Source of the DNA: Ignicoccus hospitalis KIN4/I
GTDB taxonomy: Archaea; Thermoproteota; Thermoprotei_A; Sulfolobales; Ignicoccaceae
Direction: 5' to 3'
NCBI RefSeq assembly: GCF_000017945.1
Contig: NC_009776.1
Coordinates: 1,140,001 to 1,172,000 of the forward strand
DNA length: 32,000 nucleotides
Below the pieces are notes generated by a model, which was not told the DNA's origin, searched no databases, and was given only the letters and a program-made list of their open reading frames with translations. Made by a program: the position numbers and the translations under genes. Below are positions 8,662 to 15,541 of this stretch, piece after piece; position 1 is the first letter of the stretch, and every line of letters starts with the position of its first letter.

Positions 8662-9021
8662 GTGGCCGGGATGACGAAGCTAATAATTGCATTCATAAGG
8701 CCTGAGAAGTTGGAAGACGTAAAGGACGAGCTCGAGAAGGTCGGGATATACCCGATGACTATAGTGGAAGTAAAGGGGAGGGGGACGCAGAAGGGCGTCA
8801 CCCTAAACTACAGGGGAGTGCCAGTAACCGTGGAGTTCATCCCCAAGCTACAAATCGAACTAATAGTGGAGGACGAGGAAGTGGACAAGGCCGTAGAGGC
8901 GATAGCTAAGGGAGCTTACACCGGGCATCCAGGCGATGGGCGAATAGTCATCTTACCTGTTGAAAAGAACATCAAGATAAGGGACTATTACGAGAAGGTC
9001 TTAGGCGGCCGCGGAAGTTAA
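8662..9021 (+). CDS. glnK: PII nitrogen regulatory protein (GlnK type)
   Basis: KLIIAFIRPEKLEDVKDEL, T-loop GRGTQKGVTLNYRG, and C-terminal GDGRIVILPVE. The probable ATG start is at 8671. Canonical amt-glnK pairing. Confidence 0.9.
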   Translation: MAGMTKLIIAFIRPEKLEDVKDELEKVGIYPMTIVEVKGRGTQKGVTLNYRGVPVTVEFIPKLQIELIVEDEEVDKAVEAIAKGAYTGHPGDGRIVILPVEKNIKIRDYYEKVLGGRGS

Positions 9022-9028
9022 GATTAAC

Positions 9029-9050
9029 TTTTTAGCACAGTACCTTTTCT
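9029..9050 (+). terminator. oligo-T tracts downstream of glnK (possible archaeal terminator)
   Basis: TTTTT at 9029..9033 and TTTTCT at 9045..9050, directly after the glnK stop codon. Confidence 0.3.
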
Positions 9051-9480
9051 AAGACCTCCACCTCCCGTACCTCCTGTTCCTCAAACGGTTGTCGCGAGCT
9101 CGAAACCCTTTCGTATTAACCCTCTGTAAAGGTGAACGACGTCTCCCGGTCACGCGTTCGCCTTCCGCTGGCTTCGACGATAATTTAGTCTATTTTTCAC
9201 CCCATCGCTTCCAAACTTTGTTCCGACGCTCGAAGTTTCGCTCCAGAGGTCTCGAAAGGTTTTTCTTAACGGAACGTTCCACCGCTCCCTCGAGTCGCCT
9301 CTTTGGATATCGTAACCGAAAAGCGGACGCGCCCTTAAGTTCTAAAGCTCAAACTCGCTCGCCGCATACCTTTAAGGGCTCGTATTTCACATTCGAATTC
9401 CTCAAGGCGGACGCTTGAAGTCGGAGAACTTGAAGCCTCCCTCAGCGAGGAACGCTTCAAACCGCTTCCTCTGGAGCTCA

Positions 9481-9897
9481 GAGCAGCGCTCGCGTCCCTA
9501 TTATTAGATTGCTAATAGGGCGACGCGCGTCCAGACTCTTAATGTAACTCATCACTTCCAGTGCCGCTTCCTCATTCATTAAGCGTATCCTCTTGTATAA
9601 GGTAAGCAGATCGTAGATAAGCCATATGAAAAAGCCGCCTACGGTTAGGAAAAACAAGAGCTACTTCAACGGCCTTCCTAAGTACAAGTAGTGGAGACCC
9701 ACTATTGGTACGAGTAAGTACGCAAGCCACGTTTTCTTTCTCTTCTTTTTATATACTTCGCTGAACGTCTTGACGCATTCGGCGGGAAGGATTTGGAGCT
9801 CGACCCTCACTGCCGGCGGCAGCTCGTGGAGCAGTCGTCCGAGTTGCTCCTTAATCTTTACTTCCGCCGCGCCCCGCCGTAAGCCCATTAACTCCAC
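9481..9897 (-). pseudogene. TM2-domain membrane protein interrupted by an in-frame TAG at 9661..9663
   Basis: The tracked ORF ends ...WLAYLLVPIVGLHYLYLGRPLK*. The same frame continues LLFFLTVGGFFIWLIYDLLTLYKR... to a TGA at 9478..9480. Together the two halves reconstitute a TM2-type G-x-H-x-x-Y-L-G ... GG-x-x-I-W-x-x-x-D signature. Confidence 0.6.
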
Positions 9898-10117
9898 TAC
9901 GGGTTAATACGTAGCTGAGTTATTTAGGGTTATTACGATGATGATCCTCGTCAAGATTTCCTTAGAGAGGTAGAAATCGGCTGGGACGGAGGATCCTCTT
10001 CCGAGCGTTCCGAGGGCAGCGCCTCTACGTCGGCGTGGTTCAGTATCCCTAACCCTTTAGGGTCTTGAGGTAAGGTTAGGAGAGCTTTGGGAAGTGGTGT
10101 TAGGTTGTGGGTAAGTG

Positions 10118-10195
10118 TGGTGCCGCCGCCGGGATTTGAACCCGGGTCACGGGCTTGAGAGGCCCGCATACTTGGCCGGACTATACTACGGCGGC
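10118..10195 (-). tRNA. tRNA-Glu (anticodon CUC), CCA encoded
   Basis: Reverse complement folds as acceptor GCCGCCG/CGGCGGC, D region TAGTCCGGCCAA typical of archaeal tRNA-Glu, anticodon stem CGGGC/GCCCG with loop CTCTCAA, T arm CCGGG-TTCAAAT-CCCGG, then A plus CCA. 78 nt. Confidence 0.9.
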
Positions 10196-10317
10196 GCTCT
10201 CCGAGCCTCCGGAGAGGGAATTGGTTTAAAAAATTTTTCGTTATTCGCGGGAGCGAAAGTTTTGTGTATACACTGTTGGTGTAAAAACTTTCGAGAGGTA
10301 ACTAAAGGGGGAGCGGG

Positions 10318-11592
10318 GTGAGCAGCGAGCTCTTCGACGAAATATACTCGGGGGGTCACAGGGTCATAAAGAACGAGGAGCTCCTGCACCCGGACACAGT
10401 GCCCCCTAGAATGCCCCACAGGGAGGAGGAACTCAAGAAGTTGGCCTACCTCTTCATGTCCTTGGTTAAGGAACCCGGAGAGACCTTCAACTTCGCGGTT
10501 ATATCGGGGAAGCAAGGGGTAGGCAAGACCCACTCCACAATCTTCTTCTACGAGCACGGACTCGCTAAACATTTAAAAGAGAAACAAGGAAAAGAGATAA
10601 TACTGGCCCATGTGAACTGCTTCAAGAACAGCACTTTGAACTCCATCTTGGCCACGGTATTAAACAGCATGCTGAGGGTCCCTCAGCCCGCCCGGGGGCT
10701 CTCGCCCAAGGAGCAGCTGGACATAATTATGAATAGATTAGAGAGGAAGGATCGCTACATGCTCTTGGTCCTCGACGACTTCCACGTGGCCCTCCAGAGG
10801 CAAGGCGAGTCCTTGACCAACTTCTTCGTCCGCATGTACGAGGACTCCGAGTACAAGAAGAAGAGGGTCCACGTCGTTTTCATAGTTAGAGATTTTGATG
10901 TTATGGAGAGGTACTTAAGCGATCAAAAGGCTAAACTTAACTTGAAGAGTCGCCACATACACTTCGACCCCTACACGAGCTCTCAACTCTTCGACATTCT
11001 GGAAGACAGGGCGAAGCTTGCCCTCTACGAGAGCTCTTACGACGAAGAAGTACTGTGGGAGATCTCTAGGATGATAGGTTACGACGTGAACCCCACTTTG
11101 CCCGACTCCGGGAGCGCGCGGTTCGCTATAGAGATGTTATACTACGCCGCGAGGAACGCAGAAGAGCACGGGAGGAGTCAAATAACGATTGACGACGTTA
11201 GGGTCGCTTGGGGGGTCTTGAGCGAGAGGGGAGGGGACTTGATTAGGATAAGCGAGGCGTTGGAAGACCTTAACGACCACCAGCTCTTGCTGCTCCTCTC
11301 CCTGTTGAACTTGTTGAAGCTGGACCCCGAGGGGGTGCCCATAGGTAGGATAGAGGAGGAGTACAGGGAGGTGTGCGAAGTGGCGGGCGTGGAGCCTAGG
11401 AAGCACACCCAAGTCTACCAGTACGTGACGGACATGGAGAAGAAAGGCATCGTAGACAGGATCGTGGGTAAGGTGAAGAACTCAAAGGGGAGGTCCTCCA
11501 TAATAAGCGTGAGGTACCCTCCGGACGCCATGAGGAGGAGAGTCCTCGAGATACTTAAGAGGAGGGGGTACAACGTTGCGCATCTCGCGTGA
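10318..11592 (+). CDS. cdc6: Orc1/Cdc6 replication initiator
   Basis: N-terminal VPPRMPHREEELKKL, Walker A GKQGVGKT, Walker B LVLDDFH, and a C-terminal winged-helix region. 424 aa. Confidence 0.95.
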   Translation: MSSELFDEIYSGGHRVIKNEELLHPDTVPPRMPHREEELKKLAYLFMSLVKEPGETFNFAVISGKQGVGKTHSTIFFYEHGLAKHLKEKQGKEIILAHVNCFKNSTLNSILATVLNSMLRVPQPARGLSPKEQLDIIMNRLERKDRYMLLVLDDFHVALQRQGESLTNFFVRMYEDSEYKKKRVHVVFIVRDFDVMERYLSDQKAKLNLKSRHIHFDPYTSSQLFDILEDRAKLALYESSYDEEVLWEISRMIGYDVNPTLPDSGSARFAIEMLYYAARNAEEHGRSQITIDDVRVAWGVLSERGGDLIRISEALEDLNDHQLLLLLSLLNLLKLDPEGVPIGRIEEEYREVCEVAGVEPRKHTQVYQYVTDMEKKGIVDRIVGKVKNSKGRSSIISVRYPPDAMRRRVLEILKRRGYNVAHLA

Positions 11593-11800
11593 AATACTGA
11601 ATAGGCCGACTATGTTAAAGGCGCTCATAGTGTTAAAGGACAGCGGCCCGATGACCCTAAGTGCCTTGAGCCGCGCGCTCGGCACAAACAAGCGAAGGTT
11701 GAAGGTTTACTTGGAGTTCTTAGTGTCAGAGGGCTACGTAGGGGTGGAGGAGTGCTGCGGGGTTAGGACTTACTACCTCAAGGAGGAGATCGAGCTATAG
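11576..11800 (+). CDS. small winged-helix DNA-binding protein
   Basis: 74 aa. LKALIVLKDSGPMTLSALSRALGTNKRRLKVYLEFLVSEGYV is a typical wHTH layout. Overlaps the cdc6 stop by 17 nt; an alternative ATG gives MLKALIV. Confidence 0.6.
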   Translation: MRISREILNRPTMLKALIVLKDSGPMTLSALSRALGTNKRRLKVYLEFLVSEGYVGVEECCGVRTYYLKEEIEL

Positions 11801-13864
11801 CGGGGAGTAACAGGCGGTCTTGGGCTCGTATATCTCGCCTTGGTTGACCATCTGGGTCAGTATTTGCTCTATCTCTTCCTCGTTCAGACCCCTCTTCCTC
11901 GCCTCCCTGACTACCTCCTTCAAGTGCACACAAGTCCCCTTCTCCTTAAACTTCTCTTTGATTATGTCCTTCAATATCAGCCTCTTTTGGCGGTTGCTCT
12001 TGGAAACGCCCACGTATATGGTATCTATGTCTATCCTGCCGGTCTCTACGTCGACCCCAGCCGTACTTAAGAATGCGAGCATCATGCGGACAGCCTCTAT
12101 CGCGTCGGCCTCCTCCACCACGCTTCTGAGGGCCATCTTCGCGTGGGCCTCGCTCATCCTGACCAGAGCTTCCAGCTGCCTCGCTGTTATGGGGACGCCC
12201 ATCTCCGGGTTCTCGGCCGCGGTCTTCCTCAAGTCTACGAAGAAGTTCTCGATTATCCTCGCCGCGGCCTCCGAGAGCTTGGGCTTCACGCTCTTCCGCG
12301 CGTAGGCTATGTACTTCTTCAGCAAGTCCGCCGGTATCTCCGGGACTATCTTGTCGGCCTCCTTGTGTACGTTCAATATGTACCTTACTAACCTCCTATC
12401 CCTCTTCGGGTCAGGGACGTCCCTCAAGACGAATATTAGGTCGAACCTCGAGAGTATGCTCGGGGGCAAGTTTATGTTCTCCGCCACGGACCTCTCGGGC
12501 ACGTAGCGGCCGTACCGGGGGTTGCCCGCCGCGAGCACCGCGCAGCGGGCGTTGAGCTTGGCCACTATTCCCGCCTTAGCTATGGAGACCGTCTGCTGCT
12601 CCATAGCTTCGTGTATGGCCGACCGGTCCTCCTCCCTCATCTTGTCTATCTCGTCTATGACCGCCACTCCGCCGTCCGCCAACACTAAGGCGCCGGCCTC
12701 TAGGTAGTATTCGCCGGTTATGTTGTCCCTAACTACTGCAGCCGTGAGGCCCGCCGCGGTGCTCCCCTTGCCGGTCGTGTAAACGCTCCTCGGCGCTATC
12801 CTAGCTGCGTACTGCAAGAGCTGGGACTTGGCCGTGCCCGGGTCCCCTATTATCAAGACGTGGATGTCGCCCCTTATCCTAGTTCCGTCCTCCAGCTCCT
12901 TCGGTACCCCTCCGAAGAGCGCGAAGGCTATCGCCTCCTTTATGTCCCAGTGGCCGTATATAGCCGGGGCTATGCTCAAGATTATGCTCTTGTGGATCCA
13001 GGGGTCTTTCGAGAGCTCCTTTATTCTTTCGACGTCCTCCGGACTCAAGTGGACGTCTTCCAACACCTTCTGCGAAACCTCTATGTTGTTGGCTATCATC
13101 TTGAAGTCGAAAACCACCATGGAACCTCTCTTGGGCACTCTGTTGGGAACCGCCTCCAAGACGCCTATTACTGTAACCCTATCTCCGGGGCGCGCTACGT
13201 CGACGAGGTCCTTGCCCTCCACTATAACTTCTATGCTCCTAGGCATTTGTCCCGGCGGGAGCTCCTCCGGCTTCTCTTGCACCACTAGGAGCTGCCAGTC
13301 CACGTACTCGTTCTTGGGGTGGTTCTCTAACAAGGTGAAAGGGCCGGTCTTCTTAGGACACTCCGGGTTGGGACAGACGGTAGGGGCTTGGTAGTACTTT
13401 CCCCTCTGCTCGACCGGGAACACCGTCCCGCACGCCTCGCACCGGAAGTAGAGCTTCTTCGGCTTGCCCTTTACGTTGGTCGCCTTCGTAACTATCCCGT
13501 CGAACGCCACTAACTTGCCGACGTACCTCTCTCTAAGGTCTCTGAGCCTCACCTTCTCCGGCAAGTTGGTGAAGCGAACTCTCATCGGGTACTTTTTGTT
13601 TGCAAACGCGCTTGCTATTTCTGTAACTACTTGATCCAGTTTATCTAACGTTTCCAGCGGGTTCTCGACTATCTCTTCGGCCAACTCTTGGTCAAACTCT
13701 ATTACGTCGGTGAAGTCGACTACTACGCTCGCCCTCCTCTCGGCCACGGCGTTCCTTATTTCGTCCTTGTACTTCACTCTCCCGTTTACTTCGTAGGACT
13801 CCAAGAACTCTCTGAACCGCTCCTCGACCGGTAACTTCTCCTCGAGGAAGCCCGCCTCACTCAC
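11795..13864 (-). CDS. mcm: MCM replicative helicase
   Basis: C4 zinc finger CEACG...CPNPEC, Walker A GDPGTAKSQ, Walker B AVIDEIDKM, arginine finger SRFDL, and a C-terminal winged helix. 689 aa with no intein. Confidence 0.97.
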   Translation of the reverse strand: MSEAGFLEEKLPVEERFREFLESYEVNGRVKYKDEIRNAVAERRASVVVDFTDVIEFDQELAEEIVENPLETLDKLDQVVTEIASAFANKKYPMRVRFTNLPEKVRLRDLRERYVGKLVAFDGIVTKATNVKGKPKKLYFRCEACGTVFPVEQRGKYYQAPTVCPNPECPKKTGPFTLLENHPKNEYVDWQLLVVQEKPEELPPGQMPRSIEVIVEGKDLVDVARPGDRVTVIGVLEAVPNRVPKRGSMVVFDFKMIANNIEVSQKVLEDVHLSPEDVERIKELSKDPWIHKSIILSIAPAIYGHWDIKEAIAFALFGGVPKELEDGTRIRGDIHVLIIGDPGTAKSQLLQYAARIAPRSVYTTGKGSTAAGLTAAVVRDNITGEYYLEAGALVLADGGVAVIDEIDKMREEDRSAIHEAMEQQTVSIAKAGIVAKLNARCAVLAAGNPRYGRYVPERSVAENINLPPSILSRFDLIFVLRDVPDPKRDRRLVRYILNVHKEADKIVPEIPADLLKKYIAYARKSVKPKLSEAAARIIENFFVDLRKTAAENPEMGVPITARQLEALVRMSEAHAKMALRSVVEEADAIEAVRMMLAFLSTAGVDVETGRIDIDTIYVGVSKSNRQKRLILKDIIKEKFKEKGTCVHLKEVVREARKRGLNEEEIEQILTQMVNQGEIYEPKTACYSPL

Positions 13865-14429
13865 CGATCACCACCCTCTTCCACTGAGATATGTCGCCCT
13901 CCAGCTCGTCCGCGATCACTTGCTCCTCCGGCGTCAGCCTCTCCCTCAAGCTGACGGGAACTTCCCCCTCGTTTATTATCTTAGATATTATCTTCATCAA
14001 CCTCAAATCTATTAATTCCTCCAACTGCGCCTTGATCTTGGTTACCTTCAACAGCTTCTGGGCGAGCTCCTCTACGTCCTTCCCCTCGAAGACAGGGTTC
14101 TTGTACTTGTCAACAACCTCCCTAACCCTCTTGAAGAAGTCTTGAGGGAGTTGGGTCGGCAAGGGGTCGTCCTTCTTCGATTCGAGGAACCTGAACTTGG
14201 CCACTTCCTTAAGTGTCTCGTCCACACCCTTCTCTTTTACGTACTTGGCATAGTTCATGTCAACTAACTTCTTCGCCAGCCAGCGCGGGAGCTCCACCTC
14301 CATGCCCTTACCGAGCTTCAAGAAGGTCTCTCCGTCGAACAAGTCGCTCACTTCTTTCAACAGAATGACCTTGACCCTCTCCTCTAAGTAAAGGTTCCTT
14401 TCCAAACGAAGGGCTACCGTGAGCTTCAT
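13857..14429 (-). CDS. gins23: GINS23 subunit
   Basis: N-terminal beta domain with ELPRWLAKKLV, followed by a helical domain (B-then-A order). Immediately upstream of mcm and overlapping it by 8 nt, as in the Sulfolobus gins23-mcm arrangement. Confidence 0.7.
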   Translation of the reverse strand: MKLTVALRLERNLYLEERVKVILLKEVSDLFDGETFLKLGKGMEVELPRWLAKKLVDMNYAKYVKEKGVDETLKEVAKFRFLESKKDDPLPTQLPQDFFKRVREVVDKYKNPVFEGKDVEELAQKLLKVTKIKAQLEELIDLRLMKIISKIINEGEVPVSLRERLTPEEQVIADELEGDISQWKRVVIGE

Positions 14430-14551
14430 TCGCCCCCGCGGGGCCGTAGTACCGGCGCGCCTCTAATCAAGCGGCTGAGGTGTAGCACAACTTTCAGCCC
14501 TTTGACCAGTTATACTCCCGGCGCCGTCGAGAGGCTCGGGGAAAAGGCTCC

Positions 14552-15541
14552 TTGTCCGCTCCGGAAGAGTTGTTGTGGGCAGAGAAGTACAGGCCGAAGA
14601 GCTTAGACGAAATAGTGGATCAAGAGGACATAGTGAGGAGACTGAAGAAGTTCGTAGAGGAGAAGAACGTGCCGCACATGCTCTTCGCCGGCCCTCCGGG
14701 AACGGGGAAGACCACCGCGGCCCTCGCCCTCGCCCACGACCTTTATGGAGAAAAGTATAGGCAATACATCTTGGAACTTAACGCAAGCGACGAAAGAGGC
14801 ATAGACGTTATAAGGACCAAGGTGAAAGAGTTCGCGAGGTCTAGGACCCCTCCCACAGTCCCCTTCAAGTTGGTCATACTGGACGAGGCCGACAACATGA
14901 CCGCCGACGCCCAGCAAGCCCTCAGGAGGCTTATGGAGATGTACTCCACTACCACTAGGTTCATACTGTTAGCTAACTTCCCGAGCAAGATAATTGAGCC
15001 CGTGCAGTCTAGGTGCGTGTACTTCCGCTTCCGCCCCCTGCCTAAGGATAAGGTAATAGAAAGACTCAAGTACATCTGTCAGAAGGAAGGGGTCCAATGC
15101 GAGGAGGACGCTCTGGAGGAGATATACAACATCTCGGAAGGAGACATGAGGAAGGCTATAAACATCCTTCAAGCAGCAGCTGCCTTGGGCAAGGTAACTA
15201 AAGACGCGGTCTATAAGGCCATAGGCTACGTCCATCCGAGCAAGATAAAGGAGATCCTCGAGTATGCCCTCAACGGCGACTTCACCAAGTCCGCTAAGCT
15301 TCTAAGGGACGTCATGATAGAGTACGGCCTCTCCGGGCTGGACGTGCTGAAGATGTTCCAAAGGGAGTTGATGGGCGGGAGCTTCGAGCTTCCGGAAGAG
15401 CTCAAAGTGTTGCTGGCGGACTACGCGGGAGAGGTGCAGTTCAGGCTGGCAGAGGGCGCGGACGACGAGGTCCAGCTACAAGCGTTCTTGGCGAGGCTGG
15501 CCCTGTTGGGCCCTAAGTTCAAGGGAGGTGCTAAGCGTTGA
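14552..15541 (+). CDS. rfcS: replication factor C small subunit
   Basis: WAEKYRPKSLDEIV, Walker A GPPGTGKTT, Walker B ILDEADNMT, and the SRC motif (QSRC). 329 aa with no intein. Confidence 0.95.
   Translation: MSAPEELLWAEKYRPKSLDEIVDQEDIVRRLKKFVEEKNVPHMLFAGPPGTGKTTAALALAHDLYGEKYRQYILELNASDERGIDVIRTKVKEFARSRTPPTVPFKLVILDEADNMTADAQQALRRLMEMYSTTTRFILLANFPSKIIEPVQSRCVYFRFRPLPKDKVIERLKYICQKEGVQCEEDALEEIYNISEGDMRKAINILQAAAALGKVTKDAVYKAIGYVHPSKIKEILEYALNGDFTKSAKLLRDVMIEYGLSGLDVLKMFQRELMGGSFELPEELKVLLADYAGEVQFRLAEGADDEVQLQAFLARLALLGPKFKGGAKR

Noticed and set aside
9089-9418. Tracked 109 aa plus-strand ORF in the glnK-TM2 spacer
   Set aside because: Its composition is dominated by R/S/F/L with no motif, no SD-like element and no family resemblance. 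It is more likely a chance open frame in non-coding DNA.
9937-9995. ATGATGA C-box-like heptamer and an imperfect hairpin (GATCCTCGTC / GACGGAGGATC), a possible C/D box sRNA
   Set aside because: No correctly spaced CUGA D or D' boxes or C' box follow the heptamer on either strand, so it does not fit a C/D sRNA layout.
9951-10169. 72 aa minus-strand ORF overlapping tRNA-Glu
   Set aside because: It is largely encoded by the tRNA gene itself and its flank. The tRNA fold is convincing and the peptide is P/S/G-rich.
11820-13394. Several plus-strand ORFs (161, 188 and 142 aa, among others) antisense to mcm
   Set aside because: All are contained within the MCM coding region and have S/L/T-rich or R/L/Y-rich unnatural composition.
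14430-14551. The gins23 / rfcS divergent spacer as a replication origin
   Set aside because: The spacer is GC-rich, containing CCCCGCGGGG and GGCGCGCC. It has no AT-rich unwinding element and no ORB-like repeats, so it is more simply a bidirectional promoter region.
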